Of a stretch of 64,000 nucleotides of DNA, positions 9,895 to 19,512 are shown piece after piece (the first letter of the stretch is position 1; each line of letters starts with the position of its first letter). A program made the position numbers and the translations under genes. The stretch comes from Escherichia coli (GTDB lineage: Bacteria > Pseudomonadota > Gammaproteobacteria > Enterobacterales > Enterobacteriaceae): the NCBI RefSeq assembly GCF_003334785.1, contig NZ_QOWV01000002.1. One strand, written 5' to 3'. Under the pieces are notes generated by a model. It ran no database searches. It worked only from the letters and a program-made list of their open reading frames with translations, and was not told where the DNA came from.

Positions 9895-10929
9895 TCAGCC
9901 GTTGTCTGTGTCCAGTGAGTAGTTTTTAAAGCGGATGACCTCCTGACCGAGCCAGCCGTTTATTTCCCGAATCCTGTCCTGTAACGGGATAAGCTCATTG
10001 CGGACAAAGACCTTTGCCACTTTCTCAATATCACCCAGCGACCCGACGTTCTCCGGCTTGCCGCCCATCAACTGAAAGGGGATGCGGTGCGCGTCCAGCA
10101 GGTCAGCGGCGCTGGCTTTTTTGATATTAAAAAAATCGTCCTTCGTTGCCACTTCACTGAGCGGGATAATTTTAATGCCGTCAGCTTTCCCCTGCGGGGC
10201 ATAGAGAAACAGATTTTTAAAGTTGTTGCGGCCTTTTGACTTCACCATGTTTTCGCGAAGCATTTCGATATCGTTGCGATCCTGCACGGCATCGGTGACG
10301 TACATGATATATCCGGCATGAGCGCCGTTTTCGTAATACTTGCGGCGGAACAGCGTGGCCGACTCATTCAGCCAGGCAGAATTAAGGGCGCTGAGATATT
10401 CCGGCAGGCCGTACAGCTCCTGATTAATATCCGGCTCCAGCAGGTGAAACACGGAGCCGGGCGCGAAGGCTGTCGGCTCGTTGAAGGACGGCACCCACCA
10501 GTAAACATCCTCCTCCACACCACGGCGGGTATATTTTGCCGGTGAGGTTTCCAGTCTGATGACCTTACCGGTGGTGCTGTAACGCTTTTCCAGAAACGCA
10601 TTACCGAACACCAGAAAATCCAGCACAAAGCGGCTGAAATCCTGCTGGGAAAGCCACGGGTGCGGAATAAACGTTGAAGCCAGAATATTACGTTTGACGT
10701 AAATCGGTGAGCTGTGATGCACGGCAGCACGCAGGCTTTTTGCCAGACCGGTAAAGCTGACCGGTGGCTCATACCATCTGCCGTTACTGATGCACTCGAC
10801 GTAATCCAGAATGTCACGGCGGTCGAGTACCGGCACCGGCTCACCAAAGGTGAATGCCTCCATTTTTGGGGCACTGGCAGTCATTTTTTTTGCCGCAGGT
10901 TGCGGTGTTTTCCCTTTTTTCTTGCTCAT
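9895..10929 (-). CDS. Q: Portal protein gpQ (344 aa)
   Basis: Size, order (Q-P divergent from O-N-M-L) and sequence match P2 Q. Confidence 0.85.
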   Translation of the reverse strand: MSKKKGKTPQPAAKKMTASAPKMEAFTFGEPVPVLDRRDILDYVECISNGRWYEPPVSFTGLAKSLRAAVHHSSPIYVKRNILASTFIPHPWLSQQDFSRFVLDFLVFGNAFLEKRYSTTGKVIRLETSPAKYTRRGVEEDVYWWVPSFNEPTAFAPGSVFHLLEPDINQELYGLPEYLSALNSAWLNESATLFRRKYYENGAHAGYIMYVTDAVQDRNDIEMLRENMVKSKGRNNFKNLFLYAPQGKADGIKIIPLSEVATKDDFFNIKKASAADLLDAHRIPFQLMGGKPENVGSLGDIEKVAKVFVRNELIPLQDRIREINGWLGQEVIRFKNYSLDTDNG

Positions 10930-12701
10930 CAGTAAAACTCCAGAATGGTGGATGTCAGCGGGGTGCTGATACCGGCGGTGAGTGGCTCATTTAACAGGGC
11001 GTGCATGGTCGCCCAGGCGAGGTCGGCGTGGCTGGCTTCCTCGCTGCGGCTGGCCTCATAGGTGGCGCTGCGTCCGCTGCTGGTCATGGTCTTGCGGATA
11101 GCCATAAACGAGCTGGTGATGTCGGTGGCGCTGACGTCATATTCCAGACAGCCACGACGGATAACGTCTTTTGCCTTGAGCACCATTGCGGTTTTCATTT
11201 CCGGTGTGTAGCGGATATCGCGCGCGGCGGGATAGAACGAGCGCACGAGCTGGAACACGCCGACACCGAGGCCGGTGGCATCAATACCGATGTATTCGAC
11301 GTTGTATTTTTCGGTGAGTTTGCGGATGGATTCAGCCTGGGTGGCAAAGTCCATGCCTTTCCACTGGTGACGCTCAAGTATTCTGAATTTGCCACCGGCC
11401 ACCACCGGCGGTGCCAGCACCACGCATCCGGCGCTGTCGCCACGGTGTGACGGGTCGTAACCAATCCATACCGGGCGGGAGCCGAACGGATTGGCGGCAA
11501 ACGGCGCATAGTCTTCCCATTCTTCCAGCGTGTCGACCATGCAGCGTTGCAGCTCCTCGAACGGGAACACCGACGCCTTGTCGTCCACAAATTCACACAT
11601 GAACAGGTTTTTAAAATCGTCGGCGCTGTTTTCACGTTTGAGCTGCTCAATGTCGAACAGCGTGCAGCCGCCTTTCAGGGCATCCTCAATGGTGACAATC
11701 TGCCGCCACTGGCCGTCCGCACAGAGAAGCCCACCGGCAAGGGCGTTATGACTGACGTCGATTTCCACGCGTTCAGCGGCGCTGGCGCGTCCCCGGTTAA
11801 ACAGTTCACCCGACCAGAACGGGTAGGCGTCGTGCGCCAGCGTGGACGGGGTGGAGAAATAGGTCGAGCGCAGGTGACTCTGTGAGGCCATACCTGATGC
11901 CACCTTACGCAGTACCTGAAAATTCGGGATCCAGAAAATCTCATCGACGTACAGGTCGCCGTTATGGCTCTGTGCGGTGTTGGAGTTGGTGCCGAGAAAA
12001 ATCAGTTTTGCACCGTTATTGCCCAGGACAATCGGGTCACCGGTCAGGTCAACGTCAACCAGCCGGGCAAAGGCGATGATGTATTCGCGGAACACATACG
12101 CCTGCGTTTTACTGGCCGACAGAAAAATCTGGTTATGACCGGTTTTCAGGGCGCGCAGCAGCGCCTCGCGGGAAAAATAAAACGTCGCGCCAATCTGGCG
12201 GGATTTCAGGATATCGCGGATGCGGTGCTCAAGCCCGGCGCGATACCAGTGCAACTGATATTCGAAAGACTGCTCAAAGAAAATCTGCTCCAGCTTTTCG
12301 ATGGCCTCGTCACTGAAAAAATTCTTTTTCGGTTTGCGGCGTTCGCCTTTGTTGCGGTTAGCGACGTTCGGATTAAGGTCTGCCTCGTTGCCGGTCTGGC
12401 TGTAACGGTTGACCCGTGCCAGTCGTTCAATCTGGCGTCCCAGCAGGTCAATTTCCTTGAAGTCCCCGCCGGTTTTCTGCGGTTTGATGATGAGCTGGGT
12501 CAGCCGCGCTTCCAGACTCATTTCGACACGGCTGATGGGAGCAACGCTGTCCCAGCCGTCGCGCTGTTTCCAGCTCTGCACCGTCGGGCGTTTCATCTGC
12601 AACATGGCGGCAATCTGCGGCACGGAAAACCCCTGCCAGTACAGCAGCGCCGCCTGACGACGCGGGTCGTGTAAAAGAGTGGTGTCTGTGGTGATGGTCA
12701 T
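10929..12701 (-). CDS. P: Terminase large (ATPase) subunit gpP (590 aa)
   Basis: MTITTDTTLLHDPRRQAALLYWQGF...; start trimmed from the longer track ORF to give 590 aa. Confidence 0.85.
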   Translation of the reverse strand: MTITTDTTLLHDPRRQAALLYWQGFSVPQIAAMLQMKRPTVQSWKQRDGWDSVAPISRVEMSLEARLTQLIIKPQKTGGDFKEIDLLGRQIERLARVNRYSQTGNEADLNPNVANRNKGERRKPKKNFFSDEAIEKLEQIFFEQSFEYQLHWYRAGLEHRIRDILKSRQIGATFYFSREALLRALKTGHNQIFLSASKTQAYVFREYIIAFARLVDVDLTGDPIVLGNNGAKLIFLGTNSNTAQSHNGDLYVDEIFWIPNFQVLRKVASGMASQSHLRSTYFSTPSTLAHDAYPFWSGELFNRGRASAAERVEIDVSHNALAGGLLCADGQWRQIVTIEDALKGGCTLFDIEQLKRENSADDFKNLFMCEFVDDKASVFPFEELQRCMVDTLEEWEDYAPFAANPFGSRPVWIGYDPSHRGDSAGCVVLAPPVVAGGKFRILERHQWKGMDFATQAESIRKLTEKYNVEYIGIDATGLGVGVFQLVRSFYPAARDIRYTPEMKTAMVLKAKDVIRRGCLEYDVSATDITSSFMAIRKTMTSSGRSATYEASRSEEASHADLAWATMHALLNEPLTAGISTPLTSTILEFY

Positions 12702-12874
12702 GAATACCTCGCCGTGATGAATACACGGCAAGGCTACTGAGTCGCGCCCCGCGATTCGCTAAGGTGCTGTTGTGTCAGTGATAAGCCATCCGGGACTGAT
12801 GGCGGAGGATGCGCATCGTCGGGAAACTGATGCCGACATGTGACTCCTCTAATCACTATTCAGGACTCCTGACA

Positions 12875-13729
12875 ATGGCAAAAAAAGTCTCAAAATTCTT
12901 TCGTATCGGCGTTGAGGGTGACACCTGTGACGGGCGTGTCATCAGTGCGCAGGATATTCAGGAAATGGCCGAAACCTTTGACCCGCGAGTCTATGGTTGC
13001 CGCATTAACCTGGAACATCTGCGCGGCATCCTGCCTGACGGTATTTTTAAGCGTTATGGCGATGTGGTCGAACTGAAGGCCGAAAAGATTGACGATGATT
13101 CGGTGCTGAAAGGCAAATGGGCGCTGTTTGCGAAAATCACCCCGACCGATGACCTTATCGCGATGAACAAGGCCGCGCAGAAGGTCTACACCTCAATGGA
13201 AATTCAGCCGAACTTTGCCAATACCGGCAAATGTTATCTGGTGGGTCTGGCCGTCACCGATGACCCGGCAAGCCTCGGCACGGAATACCTGGAATTCTGC
13301 CGCACGGCAAAACACAACCCTCTGAACCGCTTCAAATTAAGCCCTGAAAACCTGATTTCAGTGGCAACGCCTGTTGAGCTGGAATTTGAAGACCTGCCTG
13401 AAACCGTGTTCACCGCCCTGACCGAAAAGGTGAAGTCCATTTTTGGCCGCAAACAGGCCAGCGATGACGCCCGTCTGAATGACGTGCATGAAGCGGTGAC
13501 CGCTGTTGCTGAACATGTGCAGGAAAAACTGAGCGCCACTGAGCAGCGCCTCGCTGAGATGGAAACCGCTTTTTCCGCACTTAAGCAGGATGTGACTGAC
13601 AGGGCGGATGAAACCAGCCAGGCATTCACCCGCCTGAAAAACAGTCTCGACCACACCGAAAGTCTGACCCAGCAGCGCCGCAGCAAGGCCACCGGTGGTG
13701 GCGGTGACGCCCTGATGACGAACTGCTGA
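12875..13729 (+). CDS. O: Capsid scaffolding protein gpO (284 aa)
   Basis: MAKKVSKFFRIGVEGDTCDGRVISAQDIQEMAETFDPRVYGCRINLEH...; position and size match P2 O. Confidence 0.8.
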   Translation: MAKKVSKFFRIGVEGDTCDGRVISAQDIQEMAETFDPRVYGCRINLEHLRGILPDGIFKRYGDVVELKAEKIDDDSVLKGKWALFAKITPTDDLIAMNKAAQKVYTSMEIQPNFANTGKCYLVGLAVTDDPASLGTEYLEFCRTAKHNPLNRFKLSPENLISVATPVELEFEDLPETVFTALTEKVKSIFGRKQASDDARLNDVHEAVTAVAEHVQEKLSATEQRLAEMETAFSALKQDVTDRADETSQAFTRLKNSLDHTESLTQQRRSKATGGGGDALMTNC

Positions 13730-13787
13730 CCGGCGTCAGTCAGTCCGGGAAAACCTTCACGATTAACCCTTAATTTCAGGAAAAACT

Positions 13788-14861
13788 ATGCGCCAGGAAA
13801 CCCGCTTTAAATTTAATGCCTACCTGTCCCGTGTTGCCGAACTGAACGGCATCGACGCCGGTGATGTGTCGAAAAAATTCACCGTTGAACCGTCGGTCAC
13901 CCAGACCCTGATGAACACCATGCAGGAGTCCTCTGACTTTCTGACCCGCATCAACATTGTGCCGGTCAGCGAAATGAAAGGGGAAAAAATTGGCATCGGT
14001 GTCACCGGCTCCATCGCCAGCACCACCGACACCGCCGGTGGCACCGAGCGTCAGCCGAAGGACTTCTCGAAGCTGGCGTCAAACAAGTACGAATGCGACC
14101 AGATTAACTTCGATTTTTATATCCGCTACAAAACGCTGGACCTGTGGGCGCGTTATCAGGATTTCCAGCTCCGTGTCCGTAACGCCATTATCAAACGCCA
14201 GTCCCTTGATTTAATCATGGCCGGTTTTAACGGCGTGAGGCGTGCCGAAACCTCTGACCGCAGCAGCAATCCGATGCTGCAGGATGTGGCGGTCGGCTGG
14301 CTGCAGAAATACCGCAATGAAGCCCCGGCGCGCGTGATGAGCAAGGTCACTGACGAGGAAGGGCACACCACCTCTGAGGTTATCCGCGTGGGTAAGGGCG
14401 GTGATTATGCCAGCCTTGACGCACTGGTGATGGATGCGACCAACAACCTGATTGAGCCGTGGTATCAGGAAGACCCTGACCTTGTGGTGATTGTGGGACG
14501 TCAGCTACTGGCGGACAAGTATTTTCCCATCGTCAACAAGGAGCAGGACAACAGCGAAATGCTGGCCGCTGACGTCATCATCAGCCAGAAACGCATCGGT
14601 AACCTGCCGGCGGTACGCGTCCCGTACTTCCCGGCGGATGCGATGCTCATCACAAAGCTGGAAAACCTGTCCATCTACTACATGGATGACAGCCATCGCC
14701 GCGTGATTGAGGAAAACCCGAAACTCGACCGCGTGGAGAACTACGAGTCAATGAACATTGATTACGTGGTGGAAGACTACGCCGCCGGTTGTCTGGTGGA
14801 AAAAATTAAGGTCGGTGATTTCTCCACACTGGCTAAAGCGACCGCAGAGCCGGGAGCGTAA
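13788..14861 (+). CDS. N: Major capsid protein gpN (357 aa)
   Basis: 357-aa ORF following O; sequence matches P2 N as recalled. Confidence 0.85.
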   Translation: MRQETRFKFNAYLSRVAELNGIDAGDVSKKFTVEPSVTQTLMNTMQESSDFLTRINIVPVSEMKGEKIGIGVTGSIASTTDTAGGTERQPKDFSKLASNKYECDQINFDFYIRYKTLDLWARYQDFQLRVRNAIIKRQSLDLIMAGFNGVRRAETSDRSSNPMLQDVAVGWLQKYRNEAPARVMSKVTDEEGHTTSEVIRVGKGGDYASLDALVMDATNNLIEPWYQEDPDLVVIVGRQLLADKYFPIVNKEQDNSEMLAADVIISQKRIGNLPAVRVPYFPADAMLITKLENLSIYYMDDSHRRVIEENPKLDRVENYESMNIDYVVEDYAAGCLVEKIKVGDFSTLAKATAEPGA

Positions 14862-14864
14862 CCG

Positions 14865-15608
14865 ATGACGAGTCCCGCACAGCGCCACATGATGCGGGTC
14901 TCGGCAGCGATGACCGCGCAGCGGGAAGCCGCCCCGCTGCGACATGCAACTGTCTATGAGCAGATGCTGGTTAAGCTCGCCGCAGACCAGCGCACACTGA
15001 AAGCGATTTATTCAAAAGAGCTGAAGGCCGCGAAAAAACGCGAACTGCTGCCGTTCTGGTTGCCGTGGGTGAACGGCGTGCTGGAGCAGGGCAAAGGTGC
15101 ACAGGATGACATTCTGATGACGGTCATGCTGTGGCGTCTGGATACCGGCGATATTGCCGGTGCGCTGGAGATTGCCCGTTATGCCCTGAAATACGGTCTG
15201 ACCATGCCGGGTAAACACCGCCGCACCCCGCCGTACATGTTCACCGAGGAGGTGGCACTTGCGGCCATGCGCGCCCACGCTGCCGGTGAGTCTGTGGATC
15301 CCCGCCTGCTGACGGACACCCTCGAACTGACCGCCACGGCTGACATGCCTGATGAAGTGCGCGCAAAGCTGCACAAAATCACCGGTCTGTTTCTGCGTGA
15401 CGCTGGTGATGCCGCCGGTGCGCTGGCTCACCTGCAGCGTGCGACACAGCTCGACTGTCAGGCAGGCGTCAAAAAAGAGATTGAACGACTGGAGCGGGAG
15501 CTGAAACCGAAGCCGGAGCCGCAACCAAAAGCGGCCACCCGCGCCCCGCGTAAGACCCGGAGCGTGACACCGGCAAAACGTGGACGCCCGAAAAAGAAAG
15601 CCAGTTAA
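14865..15608 (+). CDS. M: Terminase small (endonuclease) subunit gpM (247 aa)
   Basis: 247-aa ORF following N; Lys/Arg-rich C-terminus; synteny. Confidence 0.8.
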   Translation: MTSPAQRHMMRVSAAMTAQREAAPLRHATVYEQMLVKLAADQRTLKAIYSKELKAAKKRELLPFWLPWVNGVLEQGKGAQDDILMTVMLWRLDTGDIAGALEIARYALKYGLTMPGKHRRTPPYMFTEEVALAAMRAHAAGESVDPRLLTDTLELTATADMPDEVRAKLHKITGLFLRDAGDAAGALAHLQRATQLDCQAGVKKEIERLERELKPKPEPQPKAATRAPRKTRSVTPAKRGRPKKKAS

Positions 15609-15647
15609 CAACCGAATGCGCCCCGCGCCAGGGCGGCACGCCGGTCA

Positions 15648-16076
15648 GTGAGGGTGACCGGACTTATTGAATCGCTGTCACCGTCAGGGCGTCGGCGACT
15701 GAGCGCCGAACTGGCGAAACGTCTGCGGCAGAGTCAGCAGCGCCGGGTGATGGCACAGAAAGCCCCGGACGGCACACCCTACGCACCACGCCAGCAGCAG
15801 AGCGCCAGAAAAAAGACCGATCGCGTTAAGCGAAAAATGTTTGCGAAACTTATCACCAGTCGTTTTTTGCATATCCGCGCCAGCCCGGAACAGGCATCAA
15901 TGGAGTTTTTCGGCGGGAAGTCACCGAAAATCGCCAGCGTGCATCAGTTCGGTCTGTCGGAAGAAACCCGGAAAGACGGTAAGAAAATTGATTATCCGGC
16001 GCGTCCTCTGCTCGGCTTTACCGGTGAGGATGTGCAGATGATTGAAGAGATTATCCTGGCTCACCTTGAGCGTTAG
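15648..16076 (+). CDS. L: Head completion protein gpL (GTG start assumed)
   Basis: ORF in the same frame directly after M; last recognisable P2 head gene before the replaced segment. Confidence 0.7.
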   Translation: MRVTGLIESLSPSGRRRLSAELAKRLRQSQQRRVMAQKAPDGTPYAPRQQQSARKKTDRVKRKMFAKLITSRFLHIRASPEQASMEFFGGKSPKIASVHQFGLSEETRKDGKKIDYPARPLLGFTGEDVQMIEEIILAHLER

Positions 16077-16106
16077 TTTTATCCAGGCAGAGGCTGATGC
16101 GCAATT

Positions 16107-16140
16107 AAACATTGAGCGCCGTGCTGGTCGCTCAATGTTT
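16107..16140. terminator. 12-bp perfect inverted repeat AAACATTGAGCG / CGCTCAATGTTT, possible bidirectional terminator at the junction
   Basis: Seen directly; lies between the L stop and the stop of the reverse-strand 261-aa gene. No clean U-tract. Confidence 0.3.
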
Positions 16141-16146
16141 AGAGGT

Positions 16147-16932
16147 TTATGAGTGGTTTTTATTTGATGCTTTGTATTCTAAAACCTTCTTATTGGCGTA
16201 AAAGAATTTTGTATATGACAGGAATATAAGCAGACCTGAAATGAAATAGATTAGGGATATTATTAATAATGTTTTTCTGTGGCTGTTATTATCTTTAATC
16301 TCCTGACTTAACCATTCGGAGTCCTCCTCGTTTAGCTGTAAGAGCTTATTGCAGGCGATCTCAGGAAGTGTGTCTTTTATAAATACGTTTTGCAGACTCT
16401 TGCAATCGGCAAGGCTATAAGTTTTATTAAATTCAACTGTTTTATTTTTGAAGGATAAAAGAACTTTGTCACTATAAACATAGTACATCATATTTTTATA
16501 TGGTATACCTATGGCATCCCTTACTATAGCGGATTGTTCATTGTGTATGTAACATGCGAAGATAATATAAAGAATTCCGGCCAGGACTGCACTCATTGTT
16601 TTTGTGATGCATGGCGGTTCTGTTATGTCTCCCCAGAAGCGAGTAAGGAAAAAATCCGATGTTTTTAGTTTTCCATCAATCAGCCCCTGCTGTATCATTC
16701 TCACATCTTCGATGCCTGATACATTGATTCCGTTAAGTGTTTTAAATAGTTGAATATCGCGCCACTCGCGGTCCAGTCTTTTTAATTTTTTGTCTGAATA
16801 TCCAAATTTGAAATAATGTGCAATAAGCCTCATAAGGTTACTTTTACCAAAGCTAAAAAATGCTAATACTGCAAAGACCAAAAGATACAAAACGATTAGC
16901 TCCCACACATTAGTCACATTATAGCTGACCAT
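16147..16932 (-). CDS. Hypothetical multi-pass membrane protein (261 aa), AT-rich foreign cargo
   Basis: Complete ORF on the opposite strand to flanking late genes; hydrophobic stretches at aa ~10-28, ~113-131 and ~222-240; strongly AT-rich, Lys/Asn/Ile/Tyr-rich; no motif recognised. Confidence 0.6.
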   Translation of the reverse strand: MVSYNVTNVWELIVLYLLVFAVLAFFSFGKSNLMRLIAHYFKFGYSDKKLKRLDREWRDIQLFKTLNGINVSGIEDVRMIQQGLIDGKLKTSDFFLTRFWGDITEPPCITKTMSAVLAGILYIIFACYIHNEQSAIVRDAIGIPYKNMMYYVYSDKVLLSFKNKTVEFNKTYSLADCKSLQNVFIKDTLPEIACNKLLQLNEEDSEWLSQEIKDNNSHRKTLLIISLIYFISGLLIFLSYTKFFYANKKVLEYKASNKNHS

Positions 16933-17015
16933 TACGCTCTCCTTGAATGTTGTCTGGTGGTTCTACAAATGAATCCAGATAGCATAACTTTTATATATTG
17001 TGCAATCTCACATGC

Positions 17016-17651
17016 ATGAACACTCTCGCAAATATTCAGGAACTCGCGCGCGCACTGCGCAACATGATCCGCACCGGCATTATCGTTGAAACCGACCTTA
17101 ACGCCGGTCGCTGCCGTGTGCAGACCGGCGGCATGTGCACCGACTGGCTTCAGTGGCTGACCCATCGCGCCGGACGTTCGCGCACATGGTGGGCACCTTC
17201 CGTGGGGGAACAGGTGCTGATTCTGGCCGTGGGCGGTGAACTCGACACGGCGTTCGTTCTGCCGGGGATTTATTCCGGCGATAACCCTGCGCCGTCTGCG
17301 TCGGCTGATGCCCTGCATATCCGTTTCCCTGACGGGGCGGTGATTGAGTATGAGCCCGAAACCAGTGCACTCACGGTAAGCGGAATTAAAACGGCCAGCG
17401 TGACGGCTTCTGATTCTGTTACTGCCACGGTGCCGGTGGTCACGGTGAAAGCATCAACCCGCGTCACCCTGGACACACCAGAGGTGGTCTGCACCAACAG
17501 GCTGATTACCGGCACGCTGGAAGTGCAGAAGGGCGGGACGATGCGCGGCAACATTGAACACACCGGCGGTGAACTCTCATCAAACGGTAAGGTACTGCAT
17601 ACCCATAAACACCCCGGCGACAGCGGCGGCACAACCGGGAGTCCTCTATGA
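17016..17651 (+). CDS. V: Baseplate spike protein gpV (211 aa)
   Basis: MNTLANIQELARALRNMIRTGIIVETDLNAGRCRVQTGGMCTDWLQW... matches P2 V. Confidence 0.85.
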   Translation: MNTLANIQELARALRNMIRTGIIVETDLNAGRCRVQTGGMCTDWLQWLTHRAGRSRTWWAPSVGEQVLILAVGGELDTAFVLPGIYSGDNPAPSASADALHIRFPDGAVIEYEPETSALTVSGIKTASVTASDSVTATVPVVTVKASTRVTLDTPEVVCTNRLITGTLEVQKGGTMRGNIEHTGGELSSNGKVLHTHKHPGDSGGTTGSPL

Positions 17652-17995
17652 CAGCGCGTTATCTCGGAATGAATCGCAGTGATGGCCTGACTGTCACTGA
17701 CCTTGAGCATATCAGCCAGAGTATCGGCGATATCCTGCGCACACCGGTCGGCTCACGGGTGATGCGTCGTGATTACGGCTCGTTGCTGGCGTCAATGATT
17801 GACCAGCCGCAGACTCCGGCGCTTGAGTTGCAGATTAAGGTCGCCTGTTACATGGCAGTGCTGAAATGGGAACCCCGCGTCACCCTGTCATCCGTCACCA
17901 CGGCGCGCAGTTTTGACGGGCGAATGACGGTCACGTTAACCGGTCAGCACAACGACACCGGCCAGCCACTTTCGTTAACCATCCCTGTGAGTTGA
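17648..17995 (+). CDS. W: Baseplate protein gpW (115 aa)
   Basis: 115-aa ORF overlapping V stop; matches P2 W. Confidence 0.85.
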   Translation: MTARYLGMNRSDGLTVTDLEHISQSIGDILRTPVGSRVMRRDYGSLLASMIDQPQTPALELQIKVACYMAVLKWEPRVTLSSVTTARSFDGRMTVTLTGQHNDTGQPLSLTIPVS

Positions 17996-17999
17996 AACC

Positions 18000-18908
18000 A
18001 TGCCGATTATCGACCTGAACCAGCTACCCGCACCGGATGTGGTCGAGGAGCTGGACTTTGAAACCATTCTTGCCGAACGCAAGGCGACACTGATTTCCCT
18101 TTACCCGGAAGACCAGCAGGAGGCGGTCGCCCGTACCCTGACGCTGGAATCCGAACCTCTCGTCAAACTGCTGGAGGAAAATGCTTATCGTGAGCTTATC
18201 TGGCGTCAGCGTGTGAATGAGGCCGCACGGGCGGTAATGCTGGCCTGTGCCGCCGGTAATGACCTTGATGTGATTGGTGCCAATTACAACACCACGCGCC
18301 TGATTATCACCCCGGCAGATGATTCGACCCTCCCGCCGACACCGGCAGTGATGGAATCTGACACCGATTATCGTCTGCGTATTCAGCAGGCGTTTGAGGG
18401 CTTAAGCGTCGCCGGGTCGGTGGGTGCCTATCAGTATCATGGTCGCAGTGCCGACGGGCGTGTCGCAGATATCTCTGTCACCAGTCCGTCTCCGGCCTGC
18501 GTCACTATCTCCGTGCTGTCACGTGAAAATAACGGTGTGGCATCCGAAGACCTGCTGGCGGTGGTGCGTAACGCCCTTAATGGCGAGGACGTCAGGCCGG
18601 TGGCCGACCGCGTGACCGTGCAGTCTGCCGCCATTGTTGAATACCAGATAAACGCCACGCTTTACCTTTACCCTGGTCCCGAAAGCGAACCCATCCGCGC
18701 CGCCGCCGTGAAAAAACTGGAAGCGTATATCACGGCACAGCACCGGCTGGGGCGTGACATCCGTCTGTCTGCCATTTATGCCGCTTTGCATGTGGAAGGC
18801 GTGCAGCGTGTCGAGCTGGCCGCACCACTGGCCGACATTGTGCTCAACAGTACGCAGGCGTCTTTCTGCACCGAATACAGCGTCGTGACCGGAGGCTCGG
18901 ATGAGTGA
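18000..18908 (+). CDS. J: Baseplate protein gpJ (302 aa)
   Basis: 302-aa ORF; matches P2 J in size and order. Confidence 0.85.
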   Translation: MPIIDLNQLPAPDVVEELDFETILAERKATLISLYPEDQQEAVARTLTLESEPLVKLLEENAYRELIWRQRVNEAARAVMLACAAGNDLDVIGANYNTTRLIITPADDSTLPPTPAVMESDTDYRLRIQQAFEGLSVAGSVGAYQYHGRSADGRVADISVTSPSPACVTISVLSRENNGVASEDLLAVVRNALNGEDVRPVADRVTVQSAAIVEYQINATLYLYPGPESEPIRAAAVKKLEAYITAQHRLGRDIRLSAIYAALHVEGVQRVELAAPLADIVLNSTQASFCTEYSVVTGGSDE

Positions 18909-19512
18909 TTCGCGACTGCTGCCGACTGGCTCATCACCGCTTGAAGTCGCCGCCGCAAAAGCCTGTGCGGAAATTGAAAAAACGCCGGTCAGTATTCGTG
19001 AGCTGTGGAACCCGGACACCTGCCCGGCAAATCTGCTGCCGTGGCTGGCGTGGTCATTTTCGGTCGACAGGTGGGATGATAAGTGGCCGGAAGCGACAAA
19101 ACGCGCTGTTATCCGCGATGCGTATTTCATTCACTGCCATAAGGGCACTATTGGTGCGATTCGCCGTGTGGTGGAGCCGCTCGGCTATCTGATTGAGGTG
19201 AGGGAGTGGTGGCAGCTCAACGAGGAGCCGGGGACGTTCCGCATCGTTGTTGGCGTGCTTGAGCAGGGTATTACCGAGGAAATGTATCAGGAGCTGGAGC
19301 GCCTCGTTGCTGATGCAAAACCGGCGAGCCGCCATCTGACGGGACTGGCTATCAGTTTAAGTACAACCGGCAACATTTTTGCCGGTGCGGGATGCTATCA
19401 CGGTGACGCCCTGACGGTTTATCCCTACACCCCGGAGGCCATTATTGTCGGAGGGGATTATTTCCCGGCCTCGGCCATTCATTTAATTGATAACCTGAGA
19501 GTAAACGCATGA
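18901..19512 (+). CDS. I: Baseplate protein gpI
   Basis: MSDSRLLPTGSSPLEVAAAKACAEIEKTPVSIRELWNPDTCPANLLPWLAW...; order J-I-H. Confidence 0.8.
   Translation: MSDSRLLPTGSSPLEVAAAKACAEIEKTPVSIRELWNPDTCPANLLPWLAWSFSVDRWDDKWPEATKRAVIRDAYFIHCHKGTIGAIRRVVEPLGYLIEVREWWQLNEEPGTFRIVVGVLEQGITEEMYQELERLVADAKPASRHLTGLAISLSTTGNIFAGAGCYHGDALTVYPYTPEAIIVGGDYFPASAIHLIDNLRVNA

Noticed and set aside
10368-10874. 168-aa minus-strand ORF inside Q in another frame
   Set aside because: Overlaps the portal gene out of frame; Arg/Ser/Pro-rich low-complexity translation.
16932-17318. 128-aa minus-strand ORF overlapping the start of V
   Set aside because: Arg/Ala-rich antisense ORF inside a well-supported gene; typical spurious ORF in GC-rich DNA.
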